Of a stretch of DNA of 64,000 nt, positions 37,469-51,010 are shown one piece after another. The stretch is from Vicugna vicugna (Eukaryota), in NCBI GenBank assembly GCA_013265495.1, contig MU057930.1, positions 1,380,057 to 1,444,056 on the forward strand. Direction: 5' to 3'. The first letter of the stretch is position 1. Each line of letters starts with the position of its first letter. A program made the position numbers and the translations under genes. The notes below the pieces were generated by a model. The model made no database searches. It saw nothing but the letters and a program-made list of their open reading frames with translations, and was not told where the DNA came from.

Positions 37469-39069
37469 CAGAAAAAGAATGGTATGAGCGCCCTAAATAT
37501 ACTTTTCCCTTTTTCCAGATAGGGAAGGAAAGCGCCTAACAGTCGTGCAGATGAGGGAAAGTAAATCACTTTAAGATCCACCAAGACAGAGTCATATCCT
37601 ATTTTCTTAATGTAGAATCATGTTTCTACAGAAAACTGCCGCCTCCAATGATAGTCATTCATTGTGCAGGAGATAACCCCAGCACCCATTTCCAATTTAC
37701 ATCCACGAAGACTTGCACACACATAAAATTCTAGGTTACAGACCACGCTTGGAAAAAAAAAAAAAGATGATCTAATATACCATTTTAACATTTTAATGCT
37801 TTCGGGCCATCAGCAAGCTGTTTGCTTATTTGCAAACATTACAATTGATGGCATATTCTTGTTTGAATAAATAGCAGAGCAGCTGGTACTGAAAAACCAC
37901 GAGAGCAAAGCATTATATGCAATCTTATGACGAGGTAAGCCACACAGAGAAGGGATGGGGATGTGGGAGGTGAGTTAACAAATTTTACGGTGCTAAACCC
38001 CCATCTTGAGCTATGTAATTAGAGAGAAATCTGTTGATACATATGAATAAAAATGTTACCATTGGACAGTTTCTAGCATGGTACCACAATTATAAAGGCC
38101 CACAAAAATTGCTGGTCACAGGGGAGACGTTTTTAGAGTGTATATTTTGGTCCCAATGGGTATTTGTAACCTAAAAGAATCTCATGGAAAATGAAAACCA
38201 GTAGGTATAACGCCAAGGTTTCACCTAGACAGGCTGAAGGATTTTATTTAATGGCATGACTGTTCATTCTGGAAAGAATCGTGCGGGAGGCGATAAATAT
38301 TTTTGGGCAGGAAAAGCAGGCCAACGCTCCCTCTCTGTCCTCGGGGTGTTAGAAGTGAATCACGTCCCTGCTTGACCATCTCTTTGCTTGTGTGGCCACC
38401 AGCCTGACTGGGGCTGCATTTGTGACGCTTCATCCAAGAATCACGTCTTTCCCCAAACCATGAAGGCTGTGATGTCAAAGTCTGTTCTTAACATTGCTAA
38501 GAGGGAAGCAAGGAGCTCCTCCCCCAACCTCAGTCAGTGGAATGACAAAACTGGACGTCGGCTTTCCGTGCCATGTCTTGAGAGATTAACAATATGTTTG
38601 AGGTGGGGTTTCCTCTCTGGAAGGGGATTTTAACCTGGGCTGTATTCCTCTTAAGCAGGGTTTTGCAAGAGCGCACACAGGGCTAACACCAGGCAACTGG
38701 ACAAGTCCGGAATACACGGAGTGAGAGATGTTATCTTCACGAAGGAGAGTGAGTGATGGGCACAGGACAGGGTGGTACCTGAGGAGCAAGCACGCGTACC
38801 CTACTGGACTCCAGGGGATCCAGGAGCCCTTCCAGGCACATGGCTGCAGCCCCAGAGGGTGTTTCCCTTAATTTTCTTTGCATCACCTTCATTCACTGTT
38901 TGTCCTTGAGATAAGGCCTTGTGGACGGCCTTAGAGGATGGAGAGCGACTGCACATTTAGCACAAGGCTACAGGAAGACAGTTTAAAACTCTTCTCATTC
39001 AATGCAAGATGTTCGCCCCTGTCCTGCTTGCCCATTTCTGTCCCCCTCGAACCTCAAAAGGGAATGAGA

Positions 39070-39526
39070 TCAGTAAGCAGTTTTAACTAAAGCTCCTGAC
39101 TTATCTCTTGAAAGCACACCAACCTGATGATTCTTTTCCTAGATTAAAAGAAGAATGGAGGATTAAACACTTAAAAGAATTATTAGCTCTCTGCTCCTGA
39201 CAACCCCCTTAGCGATCCTGCAGGCAGATCACAGGCAAGACGGCCTCTGGAGAGAGAGTCAGCCAGTCTGCACGTGCTGGAGCCGATGCAGAACCCAACC
39301 TCCTGCCTCCGTGATTCACCGAGATTCTCCCACCACCCGTCTCTGCTTTTCCCTTCGAAAGCTGCTCGCGGTGGAGCAGAATCTTTGGGGCTGATCTGTG
39401 GGCATGAGTTCGCCCTCTCCCCACACCGCCGGCTTTCCTGATTCAAGCATCTTTCCTTTCTGTTCACACGTGCCTCTCGATTACTGGCTTTCGAGTGGCG
39501 AGCAGTTGAACCCGAGTTTGGTAACA
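39070..39526 (+). mobile_element. ERV LTR (5' boundary uncertain)
   Basis: GC-richer block ending in the U5-like tcgattactggctttcgagtggcgagcagttgaacccgagtttggtaaca. Confidence 0.65.
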
Positions 39527-40800
39527 CCCCTTTGTGATTCAGTTGAACACTTATTCAAATTGCAGAAACTGTGTAACATGCAATTCTATCGAGTGTCTGC
39601 TATTTTAAATACTCTAGAATTCACTGAAAACAAATACCAATACTGAATTTATATTTACTTGTGTGATGTGACCGCAGACCACAGAGGAGATACATTTCAC
39701 TCTTTCATGTCCACAAATAATAATACAGTCTGAATTCTTAGTTATTATTCAAGCACGTCTTGATTGATGGTGGGGGCAGGGCTATCTAATTAGTGACACT
39801 GTATTATTGTTTCGTATAGTGGCTACTCTTTTACCAAATGACACATCTCTGTTTCCTTTCCACATAGACTACTTCTGTGTTAGGAAAAACTGAGAAAGAA
39901 ATTGAGATAGTCAGTCAGAGACATACAACTTTAATTTGTGCCATGGTCTGAAATACTCAATTCACTGCAACCAAGTTTTTTTTTCTCCCTCTCTTCACCC
40001 TCCCGCCCCCGTGACGTGCTTTGTCTTATGTTACAAAGGCAAGCATTTGAATTTAATTCAAGGAACATTATTCGGAATGCGTACCCTGTCTTCATTCATA
40101 ACCACAAAGCGCAACGGAAGATCTGCGTCTGTTTACAGCATCCATTAATAACAATCGTATCAGTTCAAGTGACTCAGACACTCAGTGTGATTTTTCCTCT
40201 GCGTATCTGATACACAGTATTTCTACCGTTCAACACATCGTGTCGAGCGTTGCAAGAAAAACGAAGAGAAAGGGGCTCGGTGCATTTTATCAAAGCATCC
40301 ATTTTGACAGGTTAGAGTTTTAGCGTTTTTACATGTACAAAAATTAAGTGGCATGTTAACGCTTTTTGGCGTCTTATCAATTACACCCAGTCTTTACCAA
40401 TAGGGGTTTATTTCAGCCAAGCATCCAGATGCTGACCAGAATACGTTAAAGTTCACATAACTAAAAAATCTTACAAATCCCCCCCAAAATGAAATATACT
40501 TTGTTATAATTTCTTTTCTTCTCTGATTTGCAAACTTTCGCAAACTGATAGTTTTACGCACGAGGTGCAGTTCTGGAAAGGGCTTGGCAGAGACATCATA
40601 TTATATAACCTGATATTAGCTGGTGGATAATGTTGGTCTTGTGGGTGATGATGCAGAATATCAACCTTTTTATGGCAAAAGAAAAGCAAACTGGGCTTTG
40701 TCTTTCCATCCATGAATTCAGAGCTCTTTCATCACGCTTCCCACAGAGGCAGCACGGCAAGGCTAACCTGAGGTGGCTTAAACATCGAGTTAAATGAATG

Positions 40801-40975
40801 AAACACTACTCAGCCATAAAAAAGAATAAAATAATGCCATTCGCAGCACCATGGATGGACATGAAGACGGCCATTCAAAGCGAAGTGGGCCGGAAAGAGA
40901 AAGAAAAACGCCATAGTACATCATTTATATGAGGAATCTAACAAATAAGAAGAAGAAGGACAGAAATGAACTAAT
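40801..40975 (+). mobile_element. L1 ORF2-end fragment
   Basis: tactactcagccataaaaaagaataaaataatgccatt...gaaagagaaagaaaaa. Confidence 0.85.
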
Positions 40976-41980
40976 TATTATTTTGATTTCTTGAATATGT
41001 GTAAGCACATCGGACTGTCCTTTATGACTGGATGACCACATTCTGTTGATCCTTATTTTGTGGTTGCCTTCATTCCTTTGATAACTATGCAAGTTTAAAA
41101 GGCTAAAGATTGAATGTGCTCTTAGAAACAGTAATTAGCACTTATATGAAAACTAAAAAAAAAAAGTTCAGTATACTGTGTATACATACTTACATGCACT
41201 ATAATGTGTGTGTGCAGTCAAGCTGTAATAATTCTATGTAATAAAACTGGAAAAAAACAATAAATTAAAAAAAAATCAAGCTAAATGGCTACTATCTGTA
41301 TGGTTTGGGAAATGATTTCAGTGATGTCCTTTAAATAGTAAACAAAAAATATAATGCACATTGAATCAAATGAAAAACTCTCGGCTCCTCCAACTCACAC
41401 CTCAAGATCTTGAGTTTCCTAGGACACGTGACAGCGTGGTGACACTAGAAAGGTATGTCCATTTCAAATGAACGCAGGCACCACACTGTCCCTCCCCTTG
41501 AGCAGAACACCGTTCAGGGTGAGCACTCCACACTCTTTTAATAATAGAGGAAGCTTCTCTTCTGGCCCCTGCCCTCTCCGGAACATGCCCTTGCTGTGTG
41601 CTCTGCGTCTCTTTGGCACCAGAACCCAAAAAGCTAGCTCTTTTTGCTAATTTGATGAGCTTGGTTTTAATTCTGGGATGTAAGGAATCTGTGCCCTCCC
41701 CCATCCGCCCCCACTGACGGCCAGCCTTAACAAAAGGCCAGCATAACATCTCACCACGGCTTCTCAGCCCATGAATATACATTAAGCATTAAGAAATGAT
41801 CATTGATTACAACACAGAAATTATCAACCCATCCACGGCTGTCTCAATGAGCGTGTAAAAACTGTCCACCAGCTGAAACCAAGCTCCACGGCTGAGTGTA
41901 TGGTTAACCTCTTTATCCAAAACTTTATTCTCTTACTTGTCCCTCCCTCTTAGGATTGAGGAATAGCTAAGAAAAGAGGG

Positions 41981-42619
41981 TGTGAAAATGAGGAGGAGCC
42001 TGGAGGGACTTCCCAGTTGGAAAAGCCCCTCTGCGCCCTACATTTCTAGTTTGCAGAAAAGGGCTTTAATCTCCTAGGTCTTCCGTGAATTCCTAAAGAG
42101 CCGAAGCAATCCACTGCTACTGAGAGAAAGTCAGAGAATGCAGAAGTGAAAAGCTGTTGAGCAAGAAATCATAGCCTAAAGAACAGTTTGGTGCTAAAAC
42201 AGTCTCTGTTCCTCCTCAAAGGATACATTAACAATACGACAGATACCTTTGAATTGTCCCCCAGAACTAAGACCCCAGGTGGAGGATGGAGACCACAAGC
42301 ACACATACCCCAGACTGATTGGGATGCAAAGGTTGATGATTAAAGTTTCCGAAACTTCACCCCGTTACCTCACCACCAAGCAAGCAGAAGAAAACCATGC
42401 CCCCTGCATTGCTCACCCCCAATGGTGGCTTTTAAAACCCTTCCCTGAGAGCCACCAGGGGGCTTTGGTCTTTTTGAGCAGAAGCTGCCCTTCCCCCGTG
42501 CTCGCCCCACGCTGGGCACCTTGCAAATAAATGCTATAATTTCCTTCACGACGAGCAGGTGTCAGCAGACGGGCTTTGCTGTGCAGGGGGCGAGCAGACT
42601 CGAATTTGGTTTGGTCACG
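41981..42619 (+). mobile_element. ERV solo LTR
   Basis: TG start, tttaaaa TATA-like site (~42431), AATAAA (~42526), U5-like end gcgagcagactcgaatttggtttggtcac. Confidence 0.65.
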
Positions 42620-42943
42620 CGGCCACTCCCATTGTGCACACCAACAGACAAAGCCTTCGGGAAATCTTGTGATTCATTACGGAACCAGCAGCAGGGTGTA
42701 CGGGAAGGCACGTGGTTGTGTTGCAAAGTCAGTACAGGAAGAAAGGATTTCTCATAAGATGAAGAAGGAAGTGGTAGAAAAAGGTTACAGGGACGAGGTG
42801 AGCAGCCTCAGTTGGGTTTTGGAAGGTCGTGACCGTTTCAGACGTCAGAGCGGCGGTGACGGTAACCCAGGTGAGGCGACCCTGTGGAGCAAGCATTTTT
42901 GCAGATTATGGAGGATGAAGATGTGAAAGAGAATTCATATTTT

Positions 42944-43398
42944 ATGGCAAGACAAGAAAAATTTTAACAAAAGAACTCTCCTCTGCCCTTTGGCATCCTC
43001 TCCCTGCACTGTGTGCGTATGCACGGACCACGTGTGTCTGCGAATGCATGGACCAAACCCCCCACCACTGGCAGCAACACCTGCTCAACCCTGAAGAACA
43101 ATGTTCTCCCAGTTCAACAAGACAGCTCCTTAAAGAGATCGTTCCTTCTTGAGCTTGGAAGGGGACACATGACCCACCAGGATGACGCTTAGACCTGGAT
43201 TCCGTAAACTGTCAGCAGTACGTCGTTTGACGCACGGCCCTCTGTCTCGAAAAACTGGTACAACTGAGTCTTGACTTCTGACAGGTGGAACAGTTCTCAG
43301 CGTTCTGAGATGCTCTTCCTGGGTTATAATCCTCAAATTTGGCTCCAATAAAAGGTTCCATTTGTTTCTTAGATCGACAGTTTAACTTTTTGTCAACA
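42944..43398 (+). mobile_element. ERV solo LTR
   Basis: Ends ggttataatcctcaaatttggctccaataaaa...tttttgtcaaca; similar 3' architecture to the LTR at 49.4-49.8 kb. Confidence 0.65.
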
Positions 43399-43999
43399 AG
43401 AACCTGTAATACAGGATTATGAGTGAGGTGGACGTCTTTATTCCTTGGAAGGCATGAAGATTTTAACCAATCCAGGTATGAGACGGGACACTGAAAGTAT
43501 CTGAGGCAATTATAATAAAGTGCATTAGATATTTCGCAATGATATCTAAAACCCATTATATTCGAATGGGCGTTCCCGGAAGTCCTAATGTGTTTTCCAT
43601 GTATCATCTCAGTGGGATTTCATTTAACAACAACGACAAAAATATTTGCATTAGGGAGTATTAACATTCCTATTTGTCCAAGGTTTTTAGTTTACTAGCG
43701 CAGGGGATGCTGCTGTTCAGCGAGACTTCAAAGTCCACTTCTGTTCATGTGGGAGTTGGAACAACTCATCACTGTCTTATGTTTCTGTCTGCCCAGCAAA
43801 ACCTTGGCTTTCAAGGTTCCCTGAACAGAGGGAAAGTGGATTCAGCCATAACAGAGGGTCTTGTGATAATCCAGAAGGGAAAATGCGAAAAGGAGACGGC
43901 AGTGGTATTGGGAAAGAAGACGTGGATACGAATGTTTCCGATGGCGGGGCAAGAATTGGACACTGACTAGATGCAGATATAAACATCTCTCAGATAAGC

Positions 44000-44155
44000 A
44001 TGTAACTGTTCAGCACAGGGAACTGTATTCAATAGCTTATAAGAACCCATCATGGAAAAGAGTATGAAAAACAATATATATATGTACGCTGTACACCAGA
44101 AACTAACGCCACATTGTAAATCAACTAGACTTCAATTTAAAAAAAGGAAAAAAAT
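44000..44155 (+). mobile_element. L1 3' UTR fragment
   Basis: agcacagggaactgtattcaata...gtacaccagaaactaac...tgtaaatcaact and A tail. Confidence 0.85.
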
Positions 44156-44869
44156 CTATAAAATATTTAACATTCCACTCAAAGGGAAAAAAAAAAAAAC
44201 CCAGTCTCTCAGAGATAACTTGAGTACTGCTTCCCACGTACACTCCCATCTCATAAAAACAGAAATCAGATTCAATATTCGAAGGTCACAGGCTTACCGT
44301 TAAATCAAGCATATTAAGTGTGAAAATAAAGTCAATAGTTAAGAGACAGCTGTAATTTTTCTTCCAACCTGTCAGTGGTGGAAAGCTGGTGAACACTGGT
44401 AGCTGAAAATATTTCTATTAAATAAAATCAAAGAGAGGATATAGCATCCTTTTGAGCTCTGGTTTTTACTTTTATGTGTTTCTTGCTGCTCCCTTGGGAA
44501 ACACCACCAAATGAACATTAAATATGGCGCATGGAATTTCCACATGAGAAGCACATCAATTCGTGGTGTTGTCTCCAGGGAGAAAGAGAGCTTTCCCGGG
44601 AGGGCTCAGTGACTCACGAAAGAGTAAACGTGAGCATTGTAGGTTCAAGATTACCTCATCCGTCCTACGAAGATAATTATTGCACAAGTTGAATCCGCAT
44701 CTGGTCATCCTACTTCTCCGAGGTCAACGAAGAAAAAGACAGGAAATGAACATACGAATGGCTTGCCCTGTGCCAGAAAATTATTTTTACTACTAATGAT
44801 TCGACTTCTGTAGAATAACGCTAAGCATTTAGTTTTCACACGACAAGTCTCAAAGTCACACCGGGAAGC

Positions 44870-45192
44870 TGGGATCTGAGGTCAAGGTGCCAGCAGGGCT
44901 GCTGTCTCCTGAGCCCTCTCCCCTTGGTGTGTGGACGGCCGGCTCCTCCCTGTGTCCTCACGTGGCCGTCCCTCTGTGTGTGTCTGGGTCCTCATGTCTT
45001 CTTAGAAGGACCCCAGTCCTGTGGGATCAGGACCCACACTAACCACCTATCTTACCTTACTTTCCTCTTCAAAGACCACATCTCCCAATACAGTCAGATT
45101 CTGAGGTCCCCGAGGGTAAGGACTTCAGTATATGAATTTCTGTGTTGGGGGGGTGGGGTGGGCAGGGGAGCACACAGTTCAGCCCCCTAACA
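44870..45192 (-). mobile_element. MLT1 (MLT1C-like) LTR, antisense
   Basis: Reverse complement closely follows 36883-37200 (gtcctcacgtggccgtccctctgtgtgtg; aaggaccccagtcct). Confidence 0.85.
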
Positions 45193-46061
45193 GATACCTG
45201 GCTCCATTTTGCAAATCAGAGATGGATTAACAAAAACCCAAACGGCTTTCCAGGAACAGCACAAGAGGAAAATTAATATAGGGTTAGTAACTGCAGGTCT
45301 GTGTATAAGCCAACATCCCCATTTTATTTCTATTCTACATGCTTGGTCATTTAGACAGTTCATAAATGTCACAACGCTGTTTCACATCATCATGTGATCA
45401 ACAGTTTGAAGGCAAAACCAACTAAAGGATGATGCACTGAAATTAGGGTGGGAAGGGGATAAATTGACTGTTGTCAACCCTTCTTCTCCTTCAAGACACT
45501 GAGTCTATGCTCTATGTCTTCAAGTATGTGCATGCAGAACCTCACACGGCTTTCTTTCTGACTGTTTTTGTCCAGTGTCTGCAACAAAGTGACACTAGCC
45601 TGATAGAATGTTTTCAGCAGAGGCCCCTCTTCTATAGGATCTTGAACTGGCTGAAATTTTAAGAGCCCTGAATATTTAGTTGTACGTGCCATTAACCTCA
45701 TCTGCCTGTTCGTTTTCTCTGTGAGCATTTTCAAGTCGGGTTTCACTATTTTAAAAACTTAACATTCTTCGGGTTGGCTCTTTCACTGAGTTTTGGGGAT
45801 TAAAATATGTAATTCTGGGAAAATTTGTAATTTTCATCCAAGTGTTCCGAGATACACACACAGATATAGAGACTTGTTTGATGTTCTTTTATAATGTTCA
45901 TTGTGTACGATATTTTTTGTCTTTTCAGTCTTGTATCTCAGTTTATGCTGCCTTCTTTTTTTTCCCCTCTCCTGTAACTTGTCTTCTGTTTTCTATTCAT
46001 CATTCTTGGCAGAATTTCATCAGTGTGTTCAAGACTTGACAAGAAATTCTTTGTTGTAACC

Positions 46062-46525
46062 CAATGGAATACTACTCAGCCATAAAAAAGAATGAAATAA
46101 TACCATTTGCAGCAACATGGATGCACCTGGAGATCGTCATACTAAGTGAAGTAAGCCAGACAGAGAAAGACAAATCTCATATGATATCACTTCTATGTGG
46201 AATCTAAAAAAAATGACACCAATGAACTTATTTATAAAACCGAAAGAGATTCATAGACAGAGAAAACAAACTTTTGGTTACCAAAGGGGAAAGGGGGCGT
46301 GAGGGATAAATTGGGAGTTTGAGATTTGCAGATACAAACTAGTGTATAAACATATAAACAAGGAGGTCCTACTGGATAGCACAGGAAATCATATTCAGTA
46401 TCTTGTAATAGGCTATAATGAAGAATATGAAAGGAATATATATACATATATAGATGTGTAAGTGAATCAAAATGCTGTACACCAGAAACAATGTATATCA
46501 ACTACACCTCAATTTAAAAAAAATT
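46062..46525 (+). mobile_element. L1 3' end
   Basis: caatggaatactactcagccataaaaaagaatga...ggttaccaaagggga...A tail. Confidence 0.9.
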
Positions 46526-46544
46526 TTTAAATCTGTTCATATGA

Positions 46545-47525
46545 GCGAAAACAATAAACAAACAACGAAGGTGAAGTTACTCTGATAAATGAGTAATTTG
46601 TCTGCAAACCAAGATAGAAGGAAATGATAAAAGATGGAACTCTGGACCCACAGAAAGGCGCGAGAATCACCAGAAATGCCGCTATTCAGGTCAATGCACA
46701 CACTATGTAAATAAACACGGACTTCCTTTTAGAACCACGACTAAACAAAATAAAATATGTTGTCGGGTCTATTTCAACAAAAGCAGAAAGAATGGTTTGA
46801 GGAAGGTAAGTGGAACGTTTCTGTTGTGGGCTTCTTATCTGGCACAACAAATTATGGAATTTTTTAAGGTTAACTAAGAGTCTAAGAAGGCTATTTTAAT
46901 CATTGGAATAACTACTGAAAAGAATGGAGATGGCTAAAAATAATGAACAGTTACAACAAAGTATCAACATTATACTCAAACACCAACGAATGTGGAAAAC
47001 AAAGAAGAAGAAAGAACTAATCGAACAAAGAACATAAATGTTGAGCTGACCCACAGATGCAAAACCGTATCAAACACTACACTGTATGGAAATAGACTTC
47101 AGGCTCCAGTTAAAAGACAGATTGTCGGGCTGATACAAAAAAATTTTTAAAAAATTTTAAAAAAGCAAGACCCTGGCACGCACTGTTTATTTTAAAATGT
47201 ATTGAAATGTGAAGACACAGATCGAAAAAACATAATCCCACGCAACGTAAGGAAGTGACTCTTCCAATTCCCTATAAAGTTGATATAAAGACAAGGACCA
47301 CTGTCAGAGGTAAAAACGGTTCTTGGGGGAGCGGGGAGGCAGGTGAAATGGATGGGCGGGGAGGCAGGATGGTTTTATATGTATACGGACCCAACTACAG
47401 AGCATCCAATGATACAGAGCAAAAGTGACTGAATGATAGGGAGGGAGGGAAGGAGAACGAGATAGAGAGGTTAATACACACCTTACTTGGGATTTTAAGA
47501 TCCCACTGTTAGAAATGGATAAAAC
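46545..47525 (+). mobile_element. Ancient L1 remnant (ORF1 end, inter-ORF and start of the endonuclease region)
   Basis: ctccagttaaaagacagattgtc, aagcaagacc and ccaactacagagcatc...gagcaaaa resemble a decayed L1 endonuclease region. Confidence 0.55.
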
Positions 47526-49422
47526 AGGTCAACTTTCATGGGAGAGACTATGTTCAATGTTTGTGATATGCTATCTGTTCAGGTGTTTTTGCCATTTATA
47601 CTCATTCACCCCATAAAATTCGAAAGTTCTCCTTTTCAGGGTTCTAATACTGTCAAAAAGAGACACAGGAATTACATTTTCTTTGAAGGTTTGGCAGACT
47701 TTTTTTTTCCCCTGTAAAATCATCTGAGTAAGCTACTTCTTTTGAGTTGTTGGAGTTTTTTGTTGTTGTTGCTTTTGTTTAAAACCATTTCTTGTGTGTG
47801 TGCAGTTTAAAAAAAAATACTGTACCAAGAAAAGGAAAAACAGATTATATGTCATTTTGGGTTCACTTTAACCAATGGTATTGTCCATAACTGCTCTTTC
47901 TTGTAAATGTGTCGTTTACTTGTCACCAAATTAATTATATTTCTGACTCTTTCCCCAGTCCTCATTTCTTAACGTTCACTTGCGGCTTTTTCCTTTCTGT
48001 GTGTGTACATAATTTAATGAGAACGTCCATCTTTTCTCCAAAAACCGTGTTTTGATATTTTTGACACGATCAATAGTATCAACCTCGCAGGCAAAGTAGA
48101 CCTCGTGCCTACGAGGTTGATAGTATGTCTACTTTTTCTTTCCTGTACCATTTCCCACGATTTTAATCTTTGTTTTCTCCAGGGTTGGTTTGGCTATGGT
48201 AATTCTGAGTTTCCTTATCAATTCCCCAACTGAAAGTTTTTGACTTAAAGGGTTGGAAGTAGAGGAGAGCGTAGGAAAAGGTTGTAGGATGCCGGACACT
48301 TCTCTGGAGGGTAAGTCGCAGGTGTCCATGTGCTGTTTTCTAGATTGAGGCCGTTCTCTCTGTGTTAGGAGTCTGACGCTGTGAACAACTGGTGAACACA
48401 GCCTCTAAACACTCAGGGTTCCTGCAACTGCTGTCAGAACTTTCAGCTCTGGAAGGATGTCCTATGCAGTCATGGAAAAGTGGAAGAGGTTTCAAGGCAG
48501 CTGAAAAGTCTAGGGTACAGTGGTCCAGAACATAGAACTCTTGATACATAAGAGGATAATTATTGTTCCCTTAAATAATAACACAAATGGAAGCTAAGGT
48601 CTCAACGATGTCCACTCATGTTGGCTGTGGTGTCAGACATTCCTTCTCTTGAGGCTCCTTTCATCCTAAATGCTACATCACCAAACTGCTCATCTGGCAG
48701 AGAAGATGGCTTGGCCACTAACATGGAACCCTAACCAGTCTGCAAGGCAAGCCGAGAGCACCAACCAGCTGCCTAGAAAGATCTCTGCTCCATTGGGCCA
48801 GGAGGTACCTACAGCTCGAGCAAATGACAGCCCGCACTTCCCCCAACGAATGAGGAACTGATAAACCGTTTGATACCCACACACTCAGACACGGTGGCAA
48901 ATTCAGCAAGTTCCCACCAACGTCATAGACGAATCACGAACCTCCAGCCCTAACAGCGTCCTGCAGCAGGCGATGGCAGGAACCCCAGAAGGCAAACAAT
49001 CCTATAGTTTAGACAGATCAATATATCCGGCGACTATTCCTGCTATAAGAAGAAAACAGAGCACAAGTCAGGAAAGAGCTTCTGCTCTAAAAACCTAGCA
49101 GATCTGGGAACCACTGAAATTTAGAAGAAGTCACCAGCCTCTCTGAGCAACAGCAACGCCAGAAATGCGCTCCCGACTTGGGTACCATGGAGCCTCCCAG
49201 CCCCACAACAAACAGGGTGCGTATCCATCAGCATCACACCCACGGTCCACCCCAGAGGGAACTCGTCCATCAGACCTGAGAGGCACTGGGCTGACGAAAG
49301 AAAGGTTCACATATTGAGATGCAGCGAGGTCATCTGGCTTAGCCTGCGTTAACTTGAGCTTTACGCTCACTAGAATACCTTGTCTGTGGTCCATCAAACC
49401 TACACTGTACGTCTGCTTTACT

Positions 49423-49819
49423 TGTTAAAGCAAAGGGTGCATTGGCCAGAAGTAAAGATTGTCTTTTCAAAAACAAAGATTAAATGGTGTCCCTTCCTGG
49501 GACTCCATGCTGGTCCTCCTTTGAGAATGTCTCCCTTCCCAGGTGCCAAGGCCATGCTGACTTGCTGTGTATGTGCTGATTTGTTGGGTTTTTTTGTTTT
49601 TGTTTTTGTTTTTTTGAAACCTTGAAGGAACGTATCCCTGACTTGCTTGATGCTCTTTGTTGTGACAACACACAAAATGTTGGCGGAAACCCTGCTTCTC
49701 CAGAGCAGTTGCTCAGAGCTCCTGAGAGGCTGTCTCCCGGGCTCCAGTCCTCAGTATGGCTCAAGTAAAATCCTTTTTTATTCCTCTTATAGACTGTTCG
49801 TTGATTATTCTCAATGACA
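49423..49819 (+). mobile_element. ERV solo LTR
   Basis: tgtt...gaca termini; ctcagagctcctgagaggctgtctcccgggct..agtcctcagt R/U5-like motif. Confidence 0.65.
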
Positions 49820-49991
49820 GGACCACTGGAGAGATGGTACTGTTTGGACACAGCTGGTATTTCAGACAACAGAAAATACCAACTCTTAAGAGAGAGAGAG
49901 AGGTCACCAGCCCTTTGGAATAACCCCACAAGGGTGCCCCTTTTGTTGTGAGGCTGAGTCTAAGCTGAGTTCCAGGAAACTGAAAAAACTG

Positions 49992-50052
49992 TCTTCTTCT
50001 CCTCCTGCTCCTCCTTCTTCTCCTCCTTCTCCTCCTCATCCTCTTTCTTCTT
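49992..50052. repeat. (CTT)/(CTC)n pyrimidine tract
   Basis: Directly visible. Confidence 0.9.
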
Positions 50053-50054
50053 AT

Positions 50055-50165
50055 TTATTTTTTTTAAGGGGGGAGGTAATTAGGTTTCCTTATTTATTTT
50101 TGGAGGATGCATTGGGGATTGAACCCAGGACCTTGCATATGCTAAACATGCGCTCTACCATTGAG
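50055..50165 (-). mobile_element. tRNA-derived SINE, head abutting a microsatellite
   Basis: ggggattgaacccaggaccttgcatatgctaaacatgcgctctaccattgag. Confidence 0.85.
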
Positions 50166-50190
50166 ATAGATAGGTAGGTAGGTAGGTAAG

Positions 50191-50238
<48 letters not shown>

Positions 50239-51010
50239 ATGGATGGCTAGATAGATAAACAGATAGATAAAGATGGATGGATGGATGGATGGGTAGATGA
50301 ATGGATGGATGCATACATAGGTAGAATGGATGGATGGATGGATGGATGGATGGACAGATGGATGGAAAGATAGATAGATGATAGATAAATAAGATGGATG
50401 GATGGATGGATGGATGCATGCAGATAGGTAGAATGGATGGATGGATAGATGATAGATAGATAGATAAAGATGGATGGATGGATAGATAAAGATGGATGGA
50501 TGGGTGCATAGATAGGTAGAATGGATGGATGGATGGATGGATGGATGCATGCACAGATAGGTAGAATGGATGGATGGATAGATGATAGATAGATAAAGAT
50601 GGATGGATGGATAGATAAAGATGGATGGATGGGTGCATAGATAGGTAGAATGGATGGATGGATGGATGGATGGATGCATGCACAGATAGGTAGAATGGAT
50701 GGATGGATAGATGATAGATAGATAAAGATGGATGGATGGATAGATAAAGATGGATGGATGGGTGCATAGATAGGTAGAATGGATGGATGGATGGATGGAT
50801 GGATGGATGGATGGATGGATGGATAGATAGATAGATAGATAGATAGATATTTGGAAAGAATGGATAGATGGATGGATGGATGGATAGATAGACAGATAGA
50901 GAAATGATAGAGATAGAAGATATACAGATAGATGACAGATTAGATAGGTAGATAGATGATTGATAGAGGACAAGTAGATGGTAGATCAATAGATCAGTAG
51001 ATGGTAGACA
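50163..51010. repeat. Complex (GATA)/(GGAT)n array with a 129-bp higher-order unit
   Basis: Marker tgggtgcata recurs at 50501, 50630 and 50759. Confidence 0.95.
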
